Source: Bdellovibrionales bacterium RIFOXYD12_FULL_39_22
GTDB lineage: Bacteria > Bdellovibrionota > Bacteriovoracia > Bacteriovoracales > Bacteriovoracaceae
Direction: 5' to 3'
Assembly (NCBI GenBank): GCA_001770205.1
Contig: MEQL01000057.1
Coordinates: 1-64,000 of the forward strand
DNA: 64,000 nucleotides
Position 1 is the first letter of the stretch. Each line of letters starts with the position of its first letter. The position numbers and the translations under genes were made by a program. The notes under the pieces are model-generated. The model had not been told where the DNA came from. It searched no databases and worked only from the letters and a program-made list of their open reading frames with translations. Below, piece after piece: positions 19,798 to 29,324 of the stretch.

Positions 19798-20826
19798 TTA
19801 CAAGAATAGATTTTCACCCCTTTCTTTTTTTTGCTTAAGCTCTTTGTAAAATTCTATCAGTGACTTATTGGATTTTTTATACAAATCATAAATTCGGTTT
19901 TGCTCTTTTTCATATGTTAAAAAAGCGGCAAAGCGAGCATTATTCCACTCTCCACGCAACGGAAAGCAGGCAGTTTCACTAACCGCAAACTCCGTGCATA
20001 TTTTTTTAACTTGCGGATAAAAATCTCCAATTAAAAATTCTTTCAAAATGGCCTCGCTCTCTTCCTGCTTGCTTGGCCTTTGTACTTGGTATAGTTTGAT
20101 AAGCCTTTGGGCATAGGCCAAGATCTCCTCTTTTAATCGATCTTCCGCCGCCAGTTCTGCTAGCTTGCCGGCCCTACTGGCCGCGCTATCAAATTTAAAA
20201 TAAGCTAATGCCAGCTCACGGCCAAAAAAATTGGCCAAATTCTCATTTAACTCCACTTCATCCTTTATAAAGAAGATAGAATGAAATAATTCATGAAAGA
20301 TCATTTCCGTTAAATCAAAATCATCATACGCAAAAAAGGAAGATAAAATTGGATCGTCAAAATATCCTAAAGAAGAATAGGCATAAACCGGCCGCACCCA
20401 AGTTACATAATTTTGCTCTGCCAACTCCTTAGCATAATCTAGCGCTCGATCTTTAGAAAAAAAACCCAAATAAGGGAAACAACCAACAAACCAAAAACAT
20501 GCTTCCTTGGCCTCAATTTTATCAAACAAAGAGGCAATCACCAGATAACTAACAGCATCACGCTCTAAAAGTGTTGTTTTAGTATAGATGTCCGAGCTTT
20601 TTTCATTGAAATATTGATAAAAATATTTTCGCAACTCTTCTATATATTTTATCTTGTCTTTATATTTACTGGCAATCTTGCCATCCGCTAAAAGCTCCTG
20701 ATTCGATTTCGCATCATAAAAGATGGCCAACTGGCCCTGGCCTTGCTCAATGACATATTGCAATTTGGCGCAAGAAAAAATTACCGGCGATAAAATAATG
20801 ATAAGTGATAATTTTAAAATGCCCAT
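19798..20826 (-). CDS. Predicted zinc aminopeptidase lipoprotein (DUF2265-like)
   Basis: CFPYLGFF, AYSSLGYFDDPILSSF, IFHELFH...NE motif. Confidence 0.85.
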   Translation of the reverse strand: MGILKLSLIIILSPVIFSCAKLQYVIEQGQGQLAIFYDAKSNQELLADGKIASKYKDKIKYIEELRKYFYQYFNEKSSDIYTKTTLLERDAVSYLVIASLFDKIEAKEACFWFVGCFPYLGFFSKDRALDYAKELAEQNYVTWVRPVYAYSSLGYFDDPILSSFFAYDDFDLTEMIFHELFHSIFFIKDEVELNENLANFFGRELALAYFKFDSAASRAGKLAELAAEDRLKEEILAYAQRLIKLYQVQRPSKQEESEAILKEFLIGDFYPQVKKICTEFAVSETACFPLRGEWNNARFAAFLTYEKEQNRIYDLYKKSNKSLIEFYKELKQKKERGENLFL

Positions 20827-21431
20827 GAGAAACCGGCCAAATATTTTAAATTATCCGAGGCCTTGTCAAATTCGAAGGCCGGGAAAATAGATTTCACCGA
20901 TCCCTTAAGGGACAATCCACGGATTAATTTTATCTGCAAAATAAACGCAGCAAAAACAGAATCACATTTTCGTCTCTCTGAAGGAATTCTATAGACAATA
21001 CGATCTCCCGTAGAAATCCCCTCATAGGTTGCCTCAGAACTATAGGTATCCGTTTGTTTAGCATACCCCAAACTTACCATGGGTTTTACAAAAGAGCCTT
21101 GATCGGCCAACGCCTGACGAATACCAACTCCCCACACTTCGGTACGAATCCGACTCTGCTTACTAATTTGCTCCACATTATATTCGGTAATCTCAGAAAC
21201 ACCATTGTCGGTATTGATATTTTCCACGTTGGAGTAATTAAATTCAATCCCTGTCCAATTATAAAAATAGATGGCCACCGTTCCACTGTAGGTCCGCGTA
21301 ACAAAACTGCTTTCATTTTTGGTTCCATAGAGCTGCTTATCATAACCAAAATCTCCACCAATTTCAGTTATGGCCAAAAGGCCTGGAGAAAAGCTGAAGA
21401 TTAAAATTGATAAAAGTAAAACTTGGTGCAT
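20814..21431 (-). CDS. Outer-membrane beta-barrel protein
   Basis: Signal peptide, alternating beta pattern, C-terminal AGFSWAF; start set to ATG 21431. Confidence 0.75.
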   Translation of the reverse strand: MHQVLLLSILIFSFSPGLLAITEIGGDFGYDKQLYGTKNESSFVTRTYSGTVAIYFYNWTGIEFNYSNVENINTDNGVSEITEYNVEQISKQSRIRTEVWGVGIRQALADQGSFVKPMVSLGYAKQTDTYSSEATYEGISTGDRIVYRIPSERRKCDSVFAAFILQIKLIRGLSLKGSVKSIFPAFEFDKASDNLKYLAGFSWAF

Positions 21432-21503
21432 AGTGATCCCTCTGTCATCATTATAGATGGTGAAAATTCTGGCGGCCACGGTAGGCAGAAGTTGCTACGA
21501 TTT

Positions 21504-22868
21504 TTAGCAAAATTTGATAAATTTTCCCTGACAGGAGTGAGGAGTAGTGGAAATTATTTCTACTTCCACCCATTTCCACTGATAATTAGAGTTATCATCT
21601 TCCATCTTGACATGCACTAAACGATGACAACTTGTTCGGCCAAACCACTTTTTTATCCCATTTTTAGAATTGCTGCCTTCTAACAACATAACAAAATGTT
21701 TTCCCACAAGTGCAGCACGAATGGCCCGTTGAATTTCAACTTGAACATTTTGTAACAAAACTAAGCGTCTATTGCGCAGATCTTCGCTTAAGCTATCCGC
21801 CATCTGGGCGGCCTTCGTCCCCTGGCGGGCAGAAAAGGCGTAGGAGTAGATAAAATCAAACTGCATTTTTTCAATAAAGTCGATGGTGGCCTGATACTCT
21901 TCCTCTGTCTCATTAGGAAAACCCACAATGATATCTGTGGAAATTACGATGTCAGGGCGAAGAGATCTTATTTTTTGAATTAAGTTTATATAGTGGGCAG
22001 TATCATGTCCTCGATTCATCCGTTTCAGCACACTATCCGAACCAGATTGGATAGGTAGATGAAGATGATTAGATAATTTTGATGCTACTTTATAAACACT
22101 TATTAGTTCATCCGATAAATCTTTAGGGTGACTTGTCGTATAACGCAAAAGGCGCAACCCTTCAATTTTTTCTAGTTCTAAAATAAGTTGGGACAAATTT
22201 TCCCCATTTTCTTTACCAAAGGAGTTAACATTTTGCCCCAACAGCGTCACCTCTTGAATATTTTTTGTTAAAACCAAATTTCGGACATCTGCTACCACTT
22301 CCGCAATTTTTCTGGATTTCTCTCTTCCACGAGTAAAAGGAACTATGCAGTAGGAGCAAAAATTATTACAACCTTTAATGATGTTTACAAAGGCCTGCAA
22401 AGACCCATGAGTAATCTTAGTCTCAATGGAGTAATTACTGCGATTATCCTGACTATTGGAGAAGATTTTATGCTCTCCTTGATAAAGGCGATAAATCATC
22501 TCATTAATTTGATCAATAGTATCAGTGCCAAAGGCGAAATCCAGATGTTTATACTTTTTTAAAAGTTCTTCGCCATCAGTTTGTGAGATGCACCCGGCAA
22601 TTCCGACCAGCAAATCTGGGCGGCCACCTTTAATTTTTTTTATCTCTCCCAGTCCAGAGTAAAATTTGGAGTTGGCCAAATCCCGAATAGCGCAAGTATT
22701 AAATAAAATAAGATCAGCTGTTGCAGGATCATCTGTCTGGGTAAAATTAATTTCCTGAAGATGGGATAGAATGCGTTCAGAGTCATGATAATTCATCTGG
22801 CAACCAAAAGTTTTGATCCAAACAGTTCTTTTCTTGGCAAACGCTGATGAAATGCTAACTTTATCCAT
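21504..22868 (-). CDS. miaB: tRNA-i6A37 methylthiotransferase MiaB
   Basis: TFGCQMN, NTCAIR, CNNFCSYC radical SAM motif, C-terminal TRAM-like domain. Confidence 0.96.
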   Translation of the reverse strand: MDKVSISSAFAKKRTVWIKTFGCQMNYHDSERILSHLQEINFTQTDDPATADLILFNTCAIRDLANSKFYSGLGEIKKIKGGRPDLLVGIAGCISQTDGEELLKKYKHLDFAFGTDTIDQINEMIYRLYQGEHKIFSNSQDNRSNYSIETKITHGSLQAFVNIIKGCNNFCSYCIVPFTRGREKSRKIAEVVADVRNLVLTKNIQEVTLLGQNVNSFGKENGENLSQLILELEKIEGLRLLRYTTSHPKDLSDELISVYKVASKLSNHLHLPIQSGSDSVLKRMNRGHDTAHYINLIQKIRSLRPDIVISTDIIVGFPNETEEEYQATIDFIEKMQFDFIYSYAFSARQGTKAAQMADSLSEDLRNRRLVLLQNVQVEIQRAIRAALVGKHFVMLLEGSNSKNGIKKWFGRTSCHRLVHVKMEDDNSNYQWKWVEVEIISTTPHSCQGKFIKFC

Positions 22869-22958
22869 ATCCTCACTCTCAAATGTTTGGGCAAGCTAGC
22901 AAGAAAAAAAACTAATGTAAATTGGGAAGTAAAAGATAAAAAAAGAATCAAGTTCACC

Positions 22959-22990
22959 AAAAAAAAAGCGACCCCGAAGAGTCGCTTTTT
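22959..22990 (-). terminator. Rho-independent terminator
   Basis: Minus strand GCGACTC-TTCG-GGGTCGC stem-loop followed by T9, just downstream of the 34-aa gene. Confidence 0.9.
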
Positions 22991-23016
22991 ATAAATAATC
23001 TTCTATAAAGGCTTAT

Positions 23017-23121
23017 TTATTTTTTCTTTGCTACTTTTTTTGTAGCTTTCTTTGCTACTTTTTTTGTAGCTTTCTTTGCTACCTTCTTAGTTGCTTTCTT
23101 TGTTGCTTTCTTAGTTGCCAT
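23017..23121 (-). CDS. 34-aa histone H1-like lysine-rich peptide
   Basis: MATKKATKKATKKVAKKATKKVAKKATKKVAKKK*, AGGAGG RBS, terminator downstream; below the ORF-track cutoff. Confidence 0.88.
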   Translation of the reverse strand: MATKKATKKATKKVAKKATKKVAKKATKKVAKKK

Positions 23122-23251
23122 CGAAATTCCTCCTGTTAATAAAAAAAATGGTTCCTAAGATTAGGATAATCAAAAAACTATTTTAACGCAAACAAAAAAA
23201 TTGTTTTTTTTATTTTTTTTTATTTTAAGAGCGATGATGAATTTTTCATGC

Positions 23252-25636
23252 TCATGAAGAGAAGATAAAATCAATCTCAGCATTATCTATGCTCTCACTT
23301 TCATTTTTATCTTTCATTTTTATCTCTACACTTCCACCTTTTATTAATTTCCCAAAAAGAATTTCATTGGCAAGTGGCCTTTTAATCTTCTGATCAATGA
23401 TTCGTTCGATGGGACGAGCTCCCATCTGGGGATCAAATCCTTTTAGGGCCAGCCAATTACGAACCTCGCCATCAACCAGCAACTCAACATTCTTCTCTGC
23501 TAATAACATCTCAACTTTGATAATAAATTTATCCACCACCCGTAGAATATTTTCATGAGATAATTTATGAAAATAGATCACTCCATCCAATCTATTTCTA
23601 AATTCTGGGGTAAAAAAGTTCTTCAACGCTGTATTTAGCTTAGAAATATCACTATTGCCTTGGGCCTTCCCAAAACCGATAGAACCACTATCCACCTCTT
23701 TAGCACCAGCATTGGTTGTCATTATGATTATAGTGTTTTTAAAATCCGTCACCCGCCCATGCGCATCAGTTAGTGCTCCATGATCCATTACTTGTAACAA
23801 AATATTAAATATATCTGGATGCGCCTTCTCTATTTCATCGAGAAGTAAAAGTGAATAGGGTGATTTTTTTATAGCATCCGTTAATGTCCCCCCATTATCA
23901 TGGCCAATATAACCTGGAGGAGCTCCGATTAGTTTTGAAACGGCATGTTTTTCCATATACTCCGACATATCAAACCGTTTAAAAGGAATTCCCAGCAAAA
24001 ATGCCAACTGTTTGGCCAATTCTGTCTTTCCTACCCCGGTGGGGCCAGTGAATAAAAAAGAACATTGTGGTTTATCGGGATTTGCCAACCCTGAACGGGC
24101 CATCATTACCGCATCTACAACTTTTTCGACCGCCTCATTCTGGCCAAAAATAACATTTTTAAGATTGGTGTAGAGATTGCGCAACTTCTCTTTTTCATCT
24201 CCGACAACGGTTTGCTCTGGAATTTTGGCCATGCGGGCCACTACGCTCTCAATATCTCGCAAAGTAACGGCATGACGCTTACTTTTGGCCGGCAAAATTT
24301 GCAGCGCGGCCCCCGCCTCGTCTAAAACATCAATGGCCTTATCCGGTAAACGCCGATCACTAATAAATTTTTCAGATAACTTGATGGCATGTTTAATAAC
24401 ATTATTGGGAAATTTTACTCCATGAAACTCTTCATATTTGCTCTTTAATCCCACCATTATCTTGTAGCTATCATCAATAGAAGGCTCTTCAATGTCAATT
24501 TTCTGAAAACGGCGCGTAAAAGCACTATCTTTTTCAATGCTCTTTCTAAATTCATCGTAAGTCGTACTACCAATACATTTAAGTTTTCCCATGCTCAACG
24601 CCGGCCGCAACAAATTGGAAGCATCCATCGTCCCAGAACCCGTAGCACCAGCACCCATCAAAGTATGCATTTCATCAATAAAAAGAATGGCCTTTTGACT
24701 TTCATTATTTAATTTATCTAACTCTTTTAATACGGCCTTTAAACGCTCTTCAAAATCACCACGAAACTTGGCCCCCGCCAAAAGTGCTCCTAAATCGAGA
24801 GAGTAGATCTCTGCATTGTGCAAAACCTCTGGAACTTTTTTATTAACTATGGCCCAGGCCAATCCTTCGGCAATAGCAGTTTTACCGACCCCTGCCTCCC
24901 CGACCAATAGTGGATTATTCTTGCGCCGGCGCGACAGGACATGAATAATACGCTCAATCTCCTCTTCTCGGCCAATTAATGGATCAATCTTATTTTCTCG
25001 CGCCAACTTATTAAGATTAACAGTGAAGGCCTCTAGTGCTGACTGGCCATTTTGATTTATCGCCATTTTTTCCCCAATCGTAGCACCTCCCCCCTCAATG
25101 CTGATTGGGGTTATGCTATTATCCGTCAACGGACGATCTACCGAGTGGGCAATCTTTTCCACAATTTTATTACGATCAACGCCAAATTTATTTAAAAGAA
25201 AGATGGCAAAGCTCTCTTTTTCATAAAACATGGCGACTAAGAGATTCACTCCCGTAATCTCTTTTTTTCCTGCCGACTGCACATGCACCATTGCACGTTG
25301 TAAAACTCGTTGCAAGGCCAGGGTCAAATCAGGTTGATATAAAATTCCGTTGAGTTTTGCCACTTCGCGAATTTTTTCATCAGGAAATTGAACTTTGCTT
25401 AAATTCCCCACCTGTTGTTCGCTAAGCACACTAAAATTTTTACCATCGGCCAAGTATGCTTCTAGCTCTTGGCGCAAATCTGCCACGACTACACCACATG
25501 ATTCAATTAATTTACTAATAAAGGCATCGGTAAGTAAGGCCCAAAGGGTAACTTCCATGGAAACATATTCATGTTTTAGTTCATTGGCCTTTTTGATAGC
25601 AATATTAAATATATTATCTAACTTATGTCCCATCAT
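23252..25636 (-). CDS. clpA: ATP-dependent Clp protease ATPase ClpA
   Basis: Walker A motifs GEAGVGKT and GPTGVGKT, Clp-N domain, SIGF loop, follows clpS; start ATG 25636 after CAGGAG. Confidence 0.95.
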   Translation of the reverse strand: MMGHKLDNIFNIAIKKANELKHEYVSMEVTLWALLTDAFISKLIESCGVVVADLRQELEAYLADGKNFSVLSEQQVGNLSKVQFPDEKIREVAKLNGILYQPDLTLALQRVLQRAMVHVQSAGKKEITGVNLLVAMFYEKESFAIFLLNKFGVDRNKIVEKIAHSVDRPLTDNSITPISIEGGGATIGEKMAINQNGQSALEAFTVNLNKLARENKIDPLIGREEEIERIIHVLSRRRKNNPLLVGEAGVGKTAIAEGLAWAIVNKKVPEVLHNAEIYSLDLGALLAGAKFRGDFEERLKAVLKELDKLNNESQKAILFIDEMHTLMGAGATGSGTMDASNLLRPALSMGKLKCIGSTTYDEFRKSIEKDSAFTRRFQKIDIEEPSIDDSYKIMVGLKSKYEEFHGVKFPNNVIKHAIKLSEKFISDRRLPDKAIDVLDEAGAALQILPAKSKRHAVTLRDIESVVARMAKIPEQTVVGDEKEKLRNLYTNLKNVIFGQNEAVEKVVDAVMMARSGLANPDKPQCSFLFTGPTGVGKTELAKQLAFLLGIPFKRFDMSEYMEKHAVSKLIGAPPGYIGHDNGGTLTDAIKKSPYSLLLLDEIEKAHPDIFNILLQVMDHGALTDAHGRVTDFKNTIIIMTTNAGAKEVDSGSIGFGKAQGNSDISKLNTALKNFFTPEFRNRLDGVIYFHKLSHENILRVVDKFIIKVEMLLAEKNVELLVDGEVRNWLALKGFDPQMGARPIERIIDQKIKRPLANEILFGKLIKGGSVEIKMKDKNESESIDNAEIDFIFSS

Positions 25637-25640
25637 GACA

Positions 25641-26003
25641 TTACTCCTGCTCAATGGCCGTCTTCAAAGGATGTCCAGCATCACGGGCCATTTTATTAAC
25701 TCGCGCTACCTTAGTTTCTGCTATTTCGTAAGTATAGACACCACAAACACCAACTCCCGTTGTATGAATATCCAACATGATCTTCTGTGCTTCCGTTTCG
25801 CTCTTAGCAAAAACCACTTTCAAGACTAATACGACAAAATCCATCGTTGTATAATCATCATTATGCATTAGTACTTTGTAGCGAGGGGGTGGTTTAACTT
25901 TATCCTTACTAACCACCATAACATCATTTTCACCCTCGCCTTGCTCAGGTGATTGTGGTCCCATAAAAATAATTTGAAAATTAAAAACATGTCCCATTTT
26001 CAT
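25641..26003 (-). CDS. clpS: Clp protease adaptor ClpS
   Basis: YKVLMHNDDYTTMDFVV, GVCGVYTYEIAETK, HPL. Confidence 0.96.
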   Translation of the reverse strand: MKMGHVFNFQIIFMGPQSPEQGEGENDVMVVSKDKVKPPPRYKVLMHNDDYTTMDFVVLVLKVVFAKSETEAQKIMLDIHTTGVGVCGVYTYEIAETKVARVNKMARDAGHPLKTAIEQE

Positions 26004-26066
26004 AGGAGTATCTCGATCACTATAATTTTTAATTGCCCCATTTATACGCTTTATTTTAAGATAAAT

Positions 26067-27227
26067 CTATTGTTTACAATAACCATCCATAACTTTCTTA
26101 ACATACCTCTCCGGAATTAATCCACCTGTGGCACACATCAGATTATCGTAATCTAATTCATAATAGACAATCTCTTTTGACGTTTTATCATAATATTCTA
26201 CATAACAATCGTTAAATCCTAATACATGTCCCAATTCGTGAGCAATAATTTTTCCCGACAAATAATCATCTTGTAAATGGCCATTATCCACCATCAACAC
26301 CGCTTGGCCATTTGAAATCCTCTGAAAAGATGATATCTTTTTATCTCCTCGCTCTAAAATAATAGCTCCCACAGAGGGCCTGTCCACAAAGACAGGTTGC
26401 AATTTGAATTTGCTTTTAATGTTCCAATAAAGATTGATTGCTCTGATCACCGCTTGTTGCAACACTTTGTCACCACTATTTACAAATTTCACTGTCAATT
26501 TACCCTTTTTACAACTGAATGATTGTTTGCTCCTATGAAGATCAAAAAAATAGGCGTAAATGGAGGCCGGTAGAATATTTTTTAGTAAATCAATGCGCGA
26601 TAAACTATCTTCACTCACTTCATCATCAGTGGCCGGTGAGATTGAGGTATTGAAAAAACGCAAAACATCATATTTTTTATTCTGTGCAAGGGTTTGCAAG
26701 TTACACTGCTTAACACTCCACCTCGTTGCCTTAGCATAGAGATTCTCAATCTTAGCAAATTTACCGTAAACAATCCCAACATCCTCTGAATCAAGAGGCC
26801 TTAAATCACCATTACCTACGAGTAACCATTCTTTCACTTCTGGAAAGTCTGCCAGGCCGGCCAACTCAAGCAAGATTTCGTGATATTCTTCATTAAAAAT
26901 CTTTTCGCTAAATATAGTCTTATTGTAGACGTATTTATCAGGTTTTTCTCCTGTACCAAACAACGAAAGATCAAAGTAATAACCAAAATTTTTATCATAA
27001 TGTCCAATCAGAGATTGGGCATTTGCCCACAACTGACCTATTCTATTTACCGTGGAAGATTGGGCCATTGATCCATTGGCACAAATGCCTACTCCTTGAA
27101 CATTCTTAAAAGTCTCACTAGTCCTGCCGGTTAGAGAATCCAAAGGGGCGGGAAACCTCATTCCACAAGAAAAGATAGTGATAAACAGTAACGAAATCGC
27201 TACAACTTGGTATAAATACTTCATCAC
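26067..27227 (-). CDS. Lipoprotein zinc metallopeptidase (metzincin-like)
   Basis: Lipobox-like IFSC; AHELGHVLGFND and NLM Met-turn. Confidence 0.75.
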   Translation of the reverse strand: MMKYLYQVVAISLLFITIFSCGMRFPAPLDSLTGRTSETFKNVQGVGICANGSMAQSSTVNRIGQLWANAQSLIGHYDKNFGYYFDLSLFGTGEKPDKYVYNKTIFSEKIFNEEYHEILLELAGLADFPEVKEWLLVGNGDLRPLDSEDVGIVYGKFAKIENLYAKATRWSVKQCNLQTLAQNKKYDVLRFFNTSISPATDDEVSEDSLSRIDLLKNILPASIYAYFFDLHRSKQSFSCKKGKLTVKFVNSGDKVLQQAVIRAINLYWNIKSKFKLQPVFVDRPSVGAIILERGDKKISSFQRISNGQAVLMVDNGHLQDDYLSGKIIAHELGHVLGFNDCYVEYYDKTSKEIVYYELDYDNLMCATGGLIPERYVKKVMDGYCKQ

Positions 27228-27483
27228 TCTTTAATATCATATTTTCGAAGTGCATATTTTTTGATTGTAATAATGACTACAAAAAAAACTGGCCGTCTAA
27301 ATTCTGATCAGTTCCGAACTCTCAATTCCATATACAATTTTACCTATAATAATTTCAAAAGACTTTATTCAAATTAAATTTTCTGCTACCGTCGAGATGG
27401 CAATGACAGATGATAGAAACGGCAAAAAATAATCGCTTTGGCACAATGCCACAACATCGAATTGGGATAAAAAGGAGAACTTT

Positions 27484-27972
27484 ATGAAACTATTTTTTCT
27501 ACTTACTGCCTTTATTAGTGTAATGGCCTGTTACGGCAATCCAACAGAATTAGATTATGCTAACTGGAAGACAAAATGGATCTGTTATGAGCAAAATGGA
27601 ACTGAAACTCTTCGCGTAGATTCTTCTTGGTTAACCGTTGATGGCATGAGCAACGAGTGGATCCAAGTTGTCATGAAAAGTTCCCACTCTATTGAAACAT
27701 TTTCTTTCTTATCGGGAGAAAAAATTTCTGGCCTATCTGTGCTGAAAAACGACGATGAACTTATTGTTCAGTTTAAGCGTAAAACAGGTGATTCTAATGG
27801 TTGCTATATCGGAACGGCAATACCTAATACAGGCGCTTTTTCCATCTATGGTGATTTTGGATGTAAAGGTTATCAAAGATCAAACACAGTCAAAGTAATT
27901 ACGATAAAAGGCCAAGATTTTGCTTATGCGTTTGGTAATTATGGTGGCCATTGCGAAGCTTACGGATATTAG
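27484..27972 (+). CDS. Secreted hypothetical protein
   Basis: AAGGAG RBS, signal peptide, several Cys. Confidence 0.75.
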   Translation: MKLFFLLTAFISVMACYGNPTELDYANWKTKWICYEQNGTETLRVDSSWLTVDGMSNEWIQVVMKSSHSIETFSFLSGEKISGLSVLKNDDELIVQFKRKTGDSNGCYIGTAIPNTGAFSIYGDFGCKGYQRSNTVKVITIKGQDFAYAFGNYGGHCEAYGY

Positions 27973-27996
27973 GATAATGTAACGCAATATAGCTGG

Positions 27997-28641
27997 TCAG
28001 TTTAAGCACTCTCCAATAATCGAATTATCACTATCGTTTCCAACCGGTGAAAGCTTTGAGGAATTTAGCATACTAACAGGAGTAATTACTAAGGATTTTT
28101 CCCATGTCCCCTCGTTAAACTCAGTATTATAGTCATTGTGACGTTTTTGCATTTCTGCTTTAATTTCGGGCCGATTTACTCGAAGGCCCGAGATTTCTTC
28201 TAAACTTCCAATTTCTTGATCGGCCACCGACTGATATGCCTTAAATACCAATTCAGAGCAGTACCAACGTTCTTCATCCCAGGAAAAAATCAAATCATAG
28301 TTTTTTCCCAATCTTTGCTCGCTATACTCTTTTAGCTTAGAAGAATTGAAAGAGAAATTTGGCCGTCTAATGGAAAAACTACTTTTCTTACTGCGTGCAA
28401 TAAACTTATCTAGCGAAGTCCATTTTACTGGTTGTATGGCCTCTATTACCTCCCAGTTATTTTTTTGTTTAAACAGCATACCCACATGCGTCCACTCTGA
28501 ATTGGTTGCCAGGCGCAATAGGGCCGCTTGTGATGATTGAGATTTGATAAAGATTAAGTCGCCATCTTTGAGTGGACAAGTGGCAAACGAAATGGAGAGG
28601 ATCGAAATCAATAAAACAAGAAAACCTTTTACCATATACAT
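27997..28641 (-). CDS. YiiX/YaeF-like permuted papain-like (NlpC/P60) amidase, copy 2
   Basis: GDLIF, THVG (His), EA, YCSELV (Cys); signal peptide. Confidence 0.88.
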   Translation of the reverse strand: MYMVKGFLVLLISILSISFATCPLKDGDLIFIKSQSSQAALLRLATNSEWTHVGMLFKQKNNWEVIEAIQPVKWTSLDKFIARSKKSSFSIRRPNFSFNSSKLKEYSEQRLGKNYDLIFSWDEERWYCSELVFKAYQSVADQEIGSLEEISGLRVNRPEIKAEMQKRHNDYNTEFNEGTWEKSLVITPVSMLNSSKLSPVGNDSDNSIIGECLN

Positions 28642-28642
28642 T

Positions 28643-29311
28643 TTATTCTCCAGAATCAGAAAGCAAACAATCCATCAAACCTATAGTTTTACGCTCATTG
28701 CTAATCTTAATTAATTTTTTTGAGTTCATCATATTAATAGGAGTAATAACTTCACTTTTTCTCCAAATGTCTTCTGCAAATGGTAATCCATATTCTGCAT
28801 AACGTCTTTTTATTTCTTTTAGCACGGAGGGATCATTTACTGCCAATTCTTCGATTCTCTCTAGTGTGCCAAGCGCCTGCTGCGTAGCGGCCAAATATGT
28901 CTTATAAACCAACTCCGAGCAATACCAACGATCATCATCCCAGGCAAAAATCAAATCATAATCTTCCCCTAGTTTTTGTTCTGCATATTCCTTAACGGCT
29001 TCTGCATTAAATGTGAAATTTGGACGGCGAACTTCAAAGCTTAGCATAGTGCTACGAGCAATAAAGCTGTGTAGACTACTCCATTTTACAGGGGAAATTG
29101 CTTCAATGGCCTGCCAGCGGCCATCATTTTTATATACTATACCCACATGTGTCCACTCAGAATTGGTTACCAAGCGCAAAAGCTTTGCTTGTGATGATTG
29201 AGATTTGATAAAGATTAAGTCGCCATTTTTGAGCGGACAAACAGCAAAACTAAGCGGTCCCAGCAATAGCGATAATAATACGGCCGAATATAAAAAAAAC
29301 TTGTGCGGCAT
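28643..29311 (-). CDS. YiiX/YaeF-like permuted papain-like (NlpC/P60) amidase, copy 1
   Basis: Same motifs; start set to ATG 29311 (MPHKFF signal peptide). Confidence 0.88.
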   Translation of the reverse strand: MPHKFFLYSAVLLSLLLGPLSFAVCPLKNGDLIFIKSQSSQAKLLRLVTNSEWTHVGIVYKNDGRWQAIEAISPVKWSSLHSFIARSTMLSFEVRRPNFTFNAEAVKEYAEQKLGEDYDLIFAWDDDRWYCSELVYKTYLAATQQALGTLERIEELAVNDPSVLKEIKRRYAEYGLPFAEDIWRKSEVITPINMMNSKKLIKISNERKTIGLMDCLLSDSGE

Positions 29312-29324
29312 AAGAGAAAATAAC

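Noticed and set aside
23017..23121. 12/24-bp tandem repeat as a CRISPR array or non-coding VNTR
   Set aside because: No spacers; the repeats are in-frame codons of an ORF with RBS and terminator
27380..27470. Possible fluoride riboswitch (GGCAATGA...)
   Set aside because: Pairing partner and pseudoknot are missing, and the downstream gene is unrelated
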